DNA from: Cercozoa sp. M6MM
Taxonomy: Eukaryota > Protista > Endomyxa: Ascetosporea
Assembly: GCA_040357565.1 (NCBI GenBank)
Contig: JBDODJ010000027.1
Length of the DNA stretch: 64,000 nucleotides
Strand: one strand, 5' to 3'
Part shown: positions 13,500-29,013 of the stretch, in pieces
Layout: the number at the start of each line of letters is the position of its first letter
How positions within the stretch are numbered: position 1 is the first letter of the stretch
The notes under the pieces: generated by a model
Databases searched by the model: none
Told to the model about the DNA's origin: nothing
Seen by the model: only the letters and a program-made list of their open reading frames with translations
Translations under genes and position numbers: made by a program

Positions 13500-13736
13500 G
13501 TCAGTTTTCGTTCCGTTCGTTGTCAGCCGACGATTCTGCATTCAGTTTTCCGTTTCAGTCGCTTTTGGCGATCACAACGGACTGCGAAGTCGGTGCGGAG
13601 TTGCTCAGCTGTGTTGATCACTCCAGACAGCAGTAATAAATTAATTAATTATAATTATATAATCAAGCCAATAGTCAGCCTGTGCAGGTTTCGTGCTGTG
13701 CAGCGTTGTGGGCACGTACCTAACTTGACATTGAGG

Positions 13737-14693
13737 ATGCTGAGCGATCGTATGGTGTTTGCCGAGTTGCTGGCGCACAAGCAGGTCATTGTACGTTGTT
13801 GTGCCCGTGTTTTGTAACTTCCAGTCATGCGTTTTGTGCACACGATAGGACAAGACGCACCTGCGCGAGCTGTTCCAGGCAGATGCAGAGCGTGCAAAGC
13901 GTTTTTCGACGGAGCAGGTGGGTTTCTTTGTGGACTACGCTCGTCAGCGGGTGACGGCAGAGACCGTGACACTGTTGAAGCGTCTGGCCGAGGAGTCGTC
14001 GCTCAAAGAGAAGGTGCGCGGAATGTTCTGCGGCGATGTCGTCAATAACACCGAGAAACGCATGGTGCGTCATGTGGCGCTGCGCGCGCAGAAGAACGAC
14101 CCCGAGTTTGATGAGGTACCTGTCACGCTCAATGGGGGGGGGGGTACTCTTGCCTTTGTTCACTCACTTGTTTGTCGAAATGTAGGACACGCTCAGCAAA
14201 GTGCACAACGTGCTAGCCAAGATTAAAACCTACACGCAGCGCATTCGTGACACGCGTATTTACTCTTTGCTTGATGTAGCTGTCAGTGTAGATGTGTGTA
14301 CCTCTTACAGAAATCACGGATGTCGTGGTGGTTGGCATCGGCGGCTCCTACCTCGGCACAGAGTTCTTGTACGAGACACTGCGCATGCATCCCGAGTGTC
14401 GACAAAGCGCACAGGGTCGTCGCTTGCACTTTGTGGCCAATGTGGATCCCTACAGGTGCGTTTCCTTCTGCTTACTTCCTTTTTCTGGTTTTTCTGGTCC
14501 CTTTCTGACTGTATCGAACGCGCATTTGGTCAGTGCCACCAAGGTGATGCAGACGCTCGACGCAACCAGCACATTGGTGATCGTGGTGTCCAAGACTTTC
14601 ACGACGGCAGAGACCATGCTGAATGCGCGTACTCTACGTCGCTGGCTGCTGCAGTCGCTGGGCGAGGGTTACGTAAGATATCTTTACCCCCCC

Positions 14694-14755
<62 letters not shown>

Positions 14756-16387
14756 TCACCCATTTTCACGTGACATAGGGCAAGCACATGGCGGCAGTGT
14801 CGGCTGCACCTGAGAAGGTCACTCAGTTCGGTACCATTGACACTCACCTGCACTTGGGTCTTTTGTCTGAGTACTCGGTATGTATGTTGTGAAGGTATCG
14901 ATGCCAACGAGGCCATGTTCGAGTTCTGGGACTGGGTTGGCGGCCGCTTCTCCGTCACCTCTGCTGTACATTCAGCCTCTATCTACCCTACCCTACCCCC
15001 TTTTACCTCTATCCTGTCATGTCAGGTTGGCATGCTGCCTCTGTCTCTCGTGTTCGGCTTCGATATTGCTCGCGAGATTCTCGCCGGTGCACGTGACATG
15101 GACCGGTGCTGTTCACATTTTTACCAAGTAGGGAAAGCGAGGTGTTACCTTTTCTCCCTTGTGTAGACACTTTGTAGAGACCGAGAACCCTCTGGAGAAT
15201 CTGCCGGTGCTGCTAGCACTGCTGGCAGTGTGGAACACTCAATGCATGGGCTACACGGCACGTGCCACGCTGCCCTATGCGCAGGTATTAACCTCACCTC
15301 TTGATGCTTTCTCGTATTCTTTTAGCCCCTCCCTTCAGGCACTGCACCGCTTGGTGGCGCACGCGCAGCAAGTCGCCATGGAGAGCAACGGCAAGCGAGT
15401 CACTCGCGACGGTTGCTTTCTTTCTTCCTCACATTGTTGTACACACATTGTTGTACACATTCTTGAACACACATTCTTGTCCGCGTATTGTTGTGTGTGC
15501 CCTTACGTTTACTCGGTAGGCAAAGTGATCGAGCACACGACGGGCGAGATTGAATTCGGTGAGCCCGGTACCAATGGACAGCACTCGTTCTACCAGCTGC
15601 TGCACCAAGGTGAGCTGTCTTCTCGCATGCGCCAATGCCGTGGTCCCATGGGTCATTTCTGATTGTGTAGGCCAAGTGATTCCGGCCGACTTTTTCGGCG
15701 TTGCCAAGTCGCAGTGTCCGCTGGACTACACGCAAGAGGGTGCCGCACGGATTGACTATCTGTTTTGCTAGTGTGCAGCTGTTGCAGTCGATGCATGTAC
15801 TGCAGGTGAGAGCGTCTCCAACCACGACGAGCTCATGAGCAACTTCTTCGCGCAACCTGACGCACTCGCGTTTGGCCGCACTGCCGACGAGGTCGATGAC
15901 GCGCCTGGTACTATGCCCCACCTGTGCTGTATGACGCACGACAAGTGCTCCATTTGTATAGAGCTGGTGCCGCACAAGGTATTCCCCGGCAACCGTCCTT
16001 CGACGTATGTTTCTTCTGTCTTAAAGCAACGCAGCTGCAAGAAATGCGTGTTTCTGAGAGCAGGAGCATCCTGATGGCCGAGCTGGACGCGCGCACTGCC
16101 GGCAAGCTGCTTGCGCTGCTCGAGCATCGCACGGCGGCTCAGGGCTTCCTGCTTGGCGTGAATTCCTTTGACCAGTTCGGTGTCGAGCTGGGCAAGGTGC
16201 TCGGCAAGTCGGTGCGCAACACGCTCGCCGTGGCCCGTGCGCAGGTAGTCCCTTTTTACATGAAGATCTGTCAGACACGTTGCTTATTTTCGCCTTTGCT
16301 TGATTTTAGGACGAATCTGCTGACCTGGCGAGCTACAACCCGTCAACGCAGCGATTGCTGACGCGCTATCTGGAGCTCTCGCAGTGA
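13737..16387 (+). CDS. GPI: Glucose-6-phosphate isomerase
   Basis: [73 protein letters not shown]; about 15 introns. Confidence 0.97.
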
Positions 16388-16819
16388 GTGAGCACCGACA
16401 GTACACAGGACTTACAGTACTTACAGTACTGTACACTGACTGGATGAGTTTTTGATCCTAAAAAACGCACGAGTTGGTTTCTGGAAACGTTCTTGACGGT
16501 TTACAACTATCCAATCGACAAAACGATCAAACGCGAGCACTGCAGCCCATGCACGCACCTAGCTGACCCTTGGAGTGAAAATCACAGTACACCGCTCTGT
16601 ATGTGCTGGGTATTGTTGCACACTGAGTTGCAAAAACCGAGCCCTCCATTGGGGACTGATTCAACGGCACACTCGGAGATCAACGGGGGCTCAAAACGGA
16701 AAATGATTGCATTCCACTGAGTGAGTGGACTCGCTGTATGCACCGACGGCCGAACGGCGCCCTTTGCGAGCTACCGAAACACGTGTGCTGTCTAGTTCAG
16801 ACCGAAACACGTGCGAGGC

Positions 16820-18548
16820 ATGAAGAGTAAGTTCTGGCTTCTTTTCTGGCTGTCTGTGTGATGGAGTTTTTTTTTTTCTTTCGGTTTCGTTTCTGTGCTT
16901 TCGGAAGTTACTGGCGCAAGTTCCGCCTTGTTTTGTGGCACATCACCGCGTTTTTTTGGGGCAGAACTCATCGTCAAGAAATCACTGCGCACGCGCGGAG
17001 GACGTGCGCTGGCGACTCGCCTCATTGGCGCCGACGGCATGTTCGTACTTGACGTGCGTGCTCTTTTTGTGTCCATTGTGTGCGCGCGCGCGTGTGTGTG
17101 TTCGCAAACCTTTATGTGTTGTGCGTGCAGGAGGTAGCAGAAGTGCTGTCGGATCGCACATGGCGTAAGGATGCCATCCGCATGATGGCCAAGGTTAACT
17201 TCCTGCTCGAGGGAGACAAGCTGACGCACTCGTTTGAGTCCGGCGGAAAGGTGGACGTTCTCGCCGTCACATTCGCGATGGCTGTGCTGCAGATCGGGGC
17301 TACAGACAAAGACGCTGGCAGTGGCACCACCTCTGATACTGGTACGGCACACGTGCTCTACATGTCTGCATGTGCGTGGCGCATGGTATGCCTTTATGGG
17401 AACACTCTCAGACCAAGTTGACGTGATCAAGGTGGCCACCGAGATCGTCGCTGACCTCGCCGACATCGTTGTCGATGTTTTTGGACCACACATGAAAGCC
17501 AAGAATGCTGCCGTATTGCTTGCTGCCGCTCCTGTAGGATTGTGTCTGTGGAGTTTATTGCTCAGAGGTTGCGAGAGCTGGTGGACGCACTCGCAAACGA
17601 AAACGTCATGCGGGAAATCTCGGCGAACAATGTACCAAATGTCTGCATCTCCCTCCGACACTCTACCATGCGCACAGACCGTGATGGCAGTGCTGCGGCC
17701 AGCGCTGCGTGAGTTCATTGATGCGCGCATTGCCATGTGGCCCAAGTGCAGCACGGCGCGATGCGGTGAGGCCACCGTCCCTCCTCAGGGCGACTTCGCA
17801 GCCACCGGACTGTGCTTTGAACATCATGACGCCTTCACCACCTCGCTTGAGGAACCAGCGCGCTGGTGCTTTCTCTCTTTTTCTATCCTGTTGCTGCATC
17901 ATCGTACACTCTATCAAACGAACAGGGCGGACCCTAAAAAGACTCCAGTGCTGGCGCGTCGTTTCCAGCAGTTTCTCGATACAAATGGCGACAAGGTTCG
18001 CTCGCTTCGGTTGCTGCTCCTATGTTGATGTTGGTGTTTGTTTTGTTAGACGGAGCAGCAGCTCGTGCAGATGTGCAGCACATTGAACGACCTCGCCAAG
18101 ATTGAAAATATGTCGGTCAAGGTAAACGTGCCCATACCTGTGTTTAGGCATCTTCTTTGACTTGTGCCGATATGCGTGAACAGGCCGATCGCATGCGCCG
18201 CTTCCGACGTCGCTACTCTAAGGTGCTCGCGCTGTCAGATGATGCGGACTTGCCTACTGTGCAAACTGAGGTACTTGTTCCAATCACTACTGACGACGCT
18301 TCTTAGGGATGCGAGTTTGCGTGTGCACAGCTTGAAAGACGGTTGGGTGAGACATGGACGCGATGGCGCCAGTCGCCAGAGTACGCCGAGTTTGTACAGC
18401 ACGTGCTGACGCCACCGCCACGTTTGCAGCAGCTGCGGCGCATGAACGAGGTAGTCCCATCAGTGCCAGAATCCGTGCTGTGCCACAGGAGTTACGACGT
18501 GTGTGTGTGTGGTTTCAGTTGCGAAACGGTGAGGAAGCTGAAGCGTAA
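16820..18548 (+). CDS. Hypothetical protein with possible C-terminal RGS-like helical domain
   Basis: Exons splice in frame from MKITGASS to ...NGEEAEA*. RRFQQFLD and WTRWRQSPEYAEFV resemble the first and last RGS helices (weak). Confidence 0.55.
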
Positions 18549-19371
18549 CCTGCAGCGTGGTTGAGCGCATGGTGTGCGAGTGTACACACGACGAAACGAA
18601 TTCGACCGAAACGCGAACTCGAGTATCATTATTTGTCTTACGTTTGGAACTCACGTTGCCAGTGGTGTCGCGTCACAGTTGCACGCCTGTGCACGTGCAC
18701 TTGTTTGATTTATTTACGTTCGGTTACGTTAATGTTAATCAGTTAATGTTACGGTATGAAACCAGGAACTAAATAAAGAAGTGTTAACGTCATTTAGAGT
18801 CGAAGGGGAGGACTGGAAGACATGCCCTTGTAGAAAAGGTCGTCGAAAGCTAGAAGGTTTTTTGAAGTCAATTAAATCAGCCCAAGCACTATCACGGCAG
18901 AACGTATCAAGTGCAAAGGGACGAAGCTCCGGATAAGAGATAGCTGCAGTCAAAGAAGCCTCAGTATGTAATGCAGGCGATATGTTTGATCGTCCGCGCT
19001 GACGAGTAGTCAGATGAGAGACTTAAATTTTTAATTGACTGAGAAACGCTGTGCCGTAACATTCAGTTACGTGCGGTGTCTTCTGCGCTAGCCGCTGAGC
19101 CACCTAGCCCGTGCGCTATTGTATGTGGGACCGCACGGCACTGTACACGGGAGTATACCGAACACCGTACGGCATGACAGCGTGCATCGACTGATGGGAT
19201 ACACGCACGGCAAGGATGGTTCAAGTTGACGAAGTGAGCCGAAATTCGGCTAGTTCGTCCGCTGGCTTTCAGTTTTGTTTTGAACAGTTGTGGCGCAAAG
19301 TCCGAAAGCGCGCGCACAGCACATGTGGACGATACGCACTTGCAACACATTGGACTGACGAGTAGGGGTCA

Positions 19372-21395
19372 TATGTACTTCATTCTGGTGCTGTCACTGC
19401 TGTTGGCTTCACTGCACGAAGCGGGAGCATCGTCGAGTGCAGCGAAGTTGAAAGAGGCGCGTCGCTTGCAAAAGCAGCGCTTGAAAGATGAGCAGCGTGT
19501 GAGGCAACAACTCGCTCTGTCGATGATTACTGGTGCCATAGTTCTTTGAAAAACACTAAATGCAAGCGTTATGCTCTGTTTGTGTGAATGTGCAGGCGCT
19601 GTGGCGAGTGGAGCGGCGGTACATGCATTGGACGGAAGAGCTTTGCATGTGACACTCGCTTCGGTCTCTGGCGCCATGTCGAGTTGCAGTCGAAATGAGG
19701 TAATGAACCCGCACTCACGCCGAGTGAGAAGCCCTTTCATGGACTTGGTACTGCAGATGGTCCCTGAAAACGCTGTCCCAGGAGGGCGACTTCGCGTGAT
19801 AGGCCATCTTTTGCGCAACAAGCAGATGATGTCACTTCTGTGTGGCGTCGCCGATTCAAGCGCGCTAATGGTCATGAACAATGCCATCAGTGCACAACTG
19901 CCGATGCTGCTGGCTCTCGCCGAAGACATGTATCGATATTCCTTAATGCAATGTACAGTTGCTTGTTAAACAGGAACGTTGTATCGTTTCAGGGAGGGCG
20001 GCGAAGTGTCAAGAGTGATATCATTGCTGACGCAGTTGACAACGAGAACGCTCCTGCCCATTGTCCTAGCTTCCGGTACATTCTTTGCATATTTCTATGT
20101 TTTCTATCGCTACACACTACAATATGATAGGAGCGCGCTCTCTAACAGATGTTCTTAGTACCACAGTGCGTCGCGGTCAGCGTAACATTGGCCGACTGTG
20201 ATTTATTAAGGAGTGTGTGAAGCTCCTGCACCTGCTATTATTTACGTAGCTCTTGCCACACCGTCTCGCGTCCGCATTTTGTCCTTCTTCGCTGGCATCT
20301 TTGCATTTAATATGCTGCAAATCATGACCTCGTGGTTTCTCTTATGTGCGTCGCCGTTGGTAAACTTATACTACAATCTCGGTTCCCAAAGATACAGTAG
20401 CGCAAAAGTGTGTCCGCATCCTATGCCGTAGCTAGCAATGGACGTGCAACAAGTGCCAGTACAGCAGCAGAAGCTGCTTGTTTTCGCTGCTCCCATCTAC
20501 ATTCTCGCGTTGCAGGTGCCATGTCATAAAATGCGAATCAATTTAAGTACTGGTATGTTCGCTGATGATGAAACTGTTTTGCTGTCTGTTTAAAATAGTT
20601 CATCTGCCGCCTGATGTCTGTTTTCTTCGTCAACGCTTTTGCCTATGGTCGCACCATTGGATATTACCGCTCTGCTTTGCGCAACGCGTAATGCTTTTGT
20701 GCTACTACCCTGCCCCTGTGTTGCTGCTCGCGATGTTTTTCGCAGATACAACAGGCAAGAGGCTGGATGGGCGAGTGTGCTGTTTTTGATCTTTACGTCG
20801 CTGATCCCCTTCGTGCTGCCGTCATTAATGTGGTATACGGCTTCTTTCTGTCTATGCTCAAGCTTCAAGTCAGACACTGCGACGAGGCAGGTGTGTCGTA
20901 TTCTTTGCGGTGCTACCAAACGTTTGGTCGCTCGCTCAATGGGTAAGCTCAACTATAACTCGGCGCACCCCTCCTCACCTTTTAAGTATACCCATAGTGC
21001 ATTTCGCGCATTAGCTACCTTGAGATTACTGTTAGAGCCTGACGTCTCAAGCGCAAGCAGCTGTCGAATGGGCACGTAAATTACTCAAGCTGCCCGATAC
21101 CGGTGCGACAAGCATACTGACTGAAAGCGAAATCAAGGTTCTTCCTCCAGCATCTCGATACTTTTTTGAAGTGGAGATTAGTTTCTTTTTTTTTTTTTTT
21201 TGCAGAAAGCTTATCGCGCAATGTCGAAGCAAGCTCACCCTGATATTGGTACCCACATGTTTTGTCGAAAGTCCCGAAGCTTGAGTGCGAAATTTCTCGT
21301 CTACAGGAAGTGGTGGCAGCAGAGACCTACAGGCCAAACTAAACCTTGCGAAGGAAACCTTGTTGAAGCACGCCCGCGGCGACTTTCAGCAATGA
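19372..21395 (+). CDS. Signal-peptide, multi-pass membrane protein with C-terminal J-domain
   Basis: MYFILVLSLLLASLHEAGA signal; hydrophobic exons at 20230-20860; EIK|KAYRAMSKQAHPD..GG...LNLAKETL (HPD motif). Confidence 0.7.
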
Positions 21396-22089
21396 GCCCT
21401 TACAGGTGTACGGGGAAGGGGGTTTCAGTTCGACGGAAGTTAAAAACTGAACTTAATGCTTCGTCTGCAGTTAAATCACACAACATCCGATAGATGCTGC
21501 GCTGCAGTGATAGCGGCACTCCCTTGCGTCTCGTGCAGTGCCAGTTTACGTTTCGGCTTTATACGAAAGTTCAGATACATGTCGAACTATAGCTACTTCT
21601 GCCAGCTCTGCAGGTTGCAGCGACATGATTCGATCATGCCAGCAAATGACCGAATCATGAATACTGTACAGTAGAGTAAACTTCTTGTGATTTATTTTGA
21701 AGTGTAGTATTAAAAGCCCCTTGCCTTGCAGCTTTTTGGAAGCGCATGATCTGGTAGCCTGCGATGTCCAAAGTCCCCCCCCCCCCCAAGTTCTCCGACT
21801 TTTTTACATGAGTTTTATCACAGAAACCACCGAAGCGACATCTGTCGACGCGGGTTCACCGATGTTTCCGTTGACCCGAACGGCTATGCAGGTGCAGTTC
21901 CCCACTTCTGTGTGGAAGTCGTTAATTTTCGTGCGTCAAAGTGGTGTTGTCTTTGGGGAGAACGAACAAGTAAGTTTACGCCTTCGAGATTTACTTCCAC
22001 GCTCTTGTAGATGTCTAAATTTACAACACTTAATTAACACTCAATAACTTTACTGCACTTCAGTTCTAAAGTGAGCGATGAACTTAAGA

Positions 22090-22215
22090 AGTGTGAACTA
22101 TGTGGTTGAACTTTGTGGGTTGAACTTTGTGTGTACTTTGTCGGTGAGTGGGTGAACTTGTGGGTGAACTTGTGCGTGGGTGGAATTTTGGTGAACTTTG
22201 TGGGTGAACTTGCAA
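22090..22215. repeat. Degenerate tandem repeat of about 12-13 bp (GTGAACTTTGTGG)
   Basis: About 8 visible GAACTT-containing units in an intergenic region. Confidence 0.8.
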
Positions 22216-22493
22216 CAGATTTGTGCGAAGAGGATTTCACACAGACATTTCCATCAACTTCGAAGTCATCCGTCAGTCCCCGTTTCACTTTGTCCCTGTG
22301 GGGCTGATACGTACCCCCCCCCCATTCTTTGGTAGTCAGAACCAACTCACTAAACGTAGGTAAAAGTAAAACAACTCGAAGGGCCATCGCGCCACCACGG
22401 CATCACCTCCGGTCGACGTCACTACCAACCGAACATCAAAGCCGCGGCCTAGCTTGCTCACTGGGGGTTTGCCAGTTCAGTGTTCCGAGACAT

Positions 22494-23260
22494 TTAATTC
22501 TCAAAGTCAACCGGATCGAATCGGTGGAACCTAGATGCCAAGCAGACAGGAAGTGAGGTTGTGGGGTGTGTAACAACGCAAAAAGTGGCGGTACATCCAG
22601 TACGCCACCGAGAACGTGATTAAGATATTGTACACTGCGCAGATGTGAACACAAAATGTATGTGCGAGTAAGTATGCAAAAGAAAAGGTACACTGCGTGG
22701 TGAGATAGATCGTAAAAGGAGGCATCACAGCCTTCCAGACCGAAACCTGCTCTTGCTGGTTGCTGTCTTCGTCGCGGGCCGTGAAGGCCTCATCGTTGAT
22801 GCTTACGACACCACCGGCAGGCTTCTCGTCGCTACCACCACTCTCAGCGTCCCCTCGTTCGGCAGAGTTGCTCTCGGAGTTGGCAGTCGCGGCACTCTTC
22901 AGCTTGGCGTACATAACATCAAGTCGGGTGGCCAGGCCGATACCCGCAAAGCCGAGTGTGAACCACCACTTAGACGTCTGTTCCATTAGCTTCTTCAGTT
23001 CCTTAGCCGACAGCTCATCAGCCTCTCTGCACAGCACAACTCTTTCTCCCTCCACAACTTCTCTTCTTCCCTCCACAATGTATCTGGCAGAACACAGCAC
23101 AAGAGACAGCAGCTACCGCATGACGGTCAACACGACAGACAGAGCAAAGAAGCCCAGAACGAACTTGGGGAACTTTGCCCAGAAGAGCTTGTACCACGGC
23201 TGCGCTGCTGCCGCGGGCACCTGACGCTGCTTGCGCTCACTACCACACACACGCACACGC

Positions 23261-23314
<54 letters not shown>

Positions 23315-24570
23315 CAACTCTAGAACCTTTTTGTTTAGGTTCTTAACTTCGACAAAGGTACACGTCAATGCCGGCATCGGTTTCGAGAAAAGGCTCTTCG
23401 ATCTCACTGCACCAGTATGCACCATACACACATATTAATGCCCAAGCAACACAGGGTACGCAAGAGGGTCCTCGTATCGCAGCCAGTAGGCCAGCACGCC
23501 AACGCAAAAGAGGCCAATGACGGTGTTCTGAATCATCTTGACGGTGCTTGCAATATCGACCCAGATGGCTTGGTGCTCTACAACCCAGAGGCAAATCTGT
23601 CACACCAACGGGGGGGGGGCACTACACAGCGTATACCGCCGCCCAGGAACGAGGCCGCTGCAACGACACCACCCGTTGAGTTGCTACCCACACGCGAGGG
23701 GCGAATAGGTCAAAACGCAATCAAGAACAAGGAATAAAGAGGCGCTACATGGTGCCACCGAGTCCAGCAGCCGACACGGCGTCGGGCAATCCAATTGCTT
23801 GTGCCAGGAACGGCATTGTCTGTGCAGCTCCAGTCACTCAGTCTCGTCTCATCCAGTGACGATTGGAACGGGGACTGTTGAATACCATCATCTGCGCGAT
23901 CGTAAAAATCGACAGGATCGAGACCGTAAGCGTGAGGTCCTCCTGTGTCGCGTCAATCGTCGTCTGGACGGCCGTTGCTGCCGATGAGCCACAGATCGAA
24001 GTGCCCGACACCTGTCGCATATGGGGGCGATACGACAATAAAGTGACACCCCAAATCACAACACAAGTCAATAAATAATACGAGAAGCATGGCGAGTTTG
24101 CGCTGCGTTTTTGGCACAAAAAAGCGACGCGCGGTGGCGTAGCCCAAGGTAAAAACGGCCACTGTGACCGGCAGCGCAACGACGACACCGTTGGCGCCCA
24201 AGGCGCCGAGTGTCTGCAGGTCGAGACCGAGCAGAACGAGACCGACTTTGATAAGCGTTTCCGACGACTTACCGCCGAGTGTAATCCACGCAGGGAGGTC
24301 ATAGCCCAACATGACAGGGATGTTGGCCACAGCAAGACCAATCTACGCAGAGACATATATATATGGATTATATTTAATACATGGATGCCATGTGCGTAAA
24401 ATGCAGTGTGAAATTTATCGATACCAGTAGAGCAAAGACTTCGTTACTCATGCCGGCCGAGTAGAGGTCCTTCTGAGTTCCCAAAATGATCGCAGCCAAT
24501 GACAACAAGTGCAGGAACAGGAAGGCCTGCAGGCAGAGCTTTGTTTGCGCCCAGCCTGTCACTTGCGTCC

Positions 24571-24645
<75 letters not shown>

Positions 24646-24649
24646 GCAC

Positions 24650-24681
<32 letters not shown>

Positions 24682-24959
24682 GTCTCTTGTTAATTTTCCA
24701 CACTCAGGAAATAAAAGACACGTACACGCTTGTGTGCAATGACGTGCGGACAGCCAATGAGCAGCAAAACAATGACAACCAGCGACATCAGCACCCAGGA
24801 ACTGAATAGTCAAATTATAATCCAGAAACACTGCACCAGACACGTCGGGATGAGAAAATAAATAGGTGGTACACAGCTCTTTCAGTGTCCCACATTTCTG
24901 ACCATTTGGTCCAGTTTTGCGTTGGGAGAAGGTGCTCCGTCAAAGACAGGAACACGCAT
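22494..24959 (-). CDS. YeiH/UPF0324 family membrane protein (putative sulfate exporter family)
   Basis: LIKVGLVLLG, GTSICGSSAATA, AGLGGT, VKMIQNTVIG, KFPKFVLGF, WWFTLGFAGIGL motifs across introns. Confidence 0.85.
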
Positions 24960-25726
24960 GGTAACTACGACGAGTGTTATCATCGAGGCACAGTACACTC
25001 ACTGGTAGCGCGACAGGGATGGAGTATTTATAAGATAGTCTAACCAAGATCAGGAAGCTCGCGAAGCCCCACAGATTGCAAACCCAGCCTGATTACACGC
25101 GAAATACTTGTTGCTCATGTCAGGCGACGACACCAAAAAACACAAACGATTGTTGTTTCTTGCACGCACCTTCTTTCATGGCTAAACTACGTCGTATACT
25201 TTGCGAGCACTCAGCACACCTCGTTGCAGCGTCTGGGTGTGATAAAAGTCGCTGTTTCGACCAAAAAACCGAAAAATGATCACGAAAATGATGTTCAAAT
25301 AATCGAACACAATTCTTCTCGGTCACATACGCTCTAGTAATAACATGGTCGGCATCTATTTTATATATTGCGCCACTCGGCTAGAAAAGGCGGCATGAAC
25401 GCTAAGCAAGCGCGCGTTTTAGTTTATTTTTTGCAGCCTTTTGCGCGATTTTTTGCGTTTTTTGAATATCCACGATGCCCGAAGCAAAAATACGAAAAAG
25501 CCGAAAATGTTTCCCTGTACGACACGTACTGAAACGCTCTCGTTTGCTCTCACTGCTCCGACACTGTCAGCGGTTCCTACAGAAGCGCTAACTCGCCGTG
25601 CAGTTTAGGTGCTGCCAAAAACAAGCCTCCTTCTCTGTCCGTCTGCAGGTTCAAATCTCTGGGTAGACTGTGCATCTCATTAAGAGAAGTAATTGTAGAG
25701 TTCTGACGGATTATTGTTGAGCGCAG

Positions 25727-28739
<3,013 letters not shown>

Positions 28740-29013
28740 CAGTTATCATTCAAACTGACTCTGATGTGCCGTCTGTGCCCTTAGTGTGATTAAAATATCG
28801 TAAACTAGCGTTGTTCGTGTAAAACAACGCCCCGAAAATTCTCCCAGCCACCCCCTGAAGAAATTTTAACCCACTGCAACAGTAGGTTCTCATTGGTATT
28901 GAGCAAGCCTAGAAGTGTGCGCGCACATTCTGAGAGCTTTTAAACTTCTCATCCGGCTTAGTTAGGACACACGAGAAACCCGTCGTTGTGGATATTTGCT
29001 GATCCGAGGTGAG

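Noticed and set aside
16792-17775. 327-aa minus-strand ORF and similar long antisense ORFs (31789-32615 +, 40479-41156)
   Set aside because: These are shadows of, or read-through across, spliced genes whose exon/intron structure explains the region.
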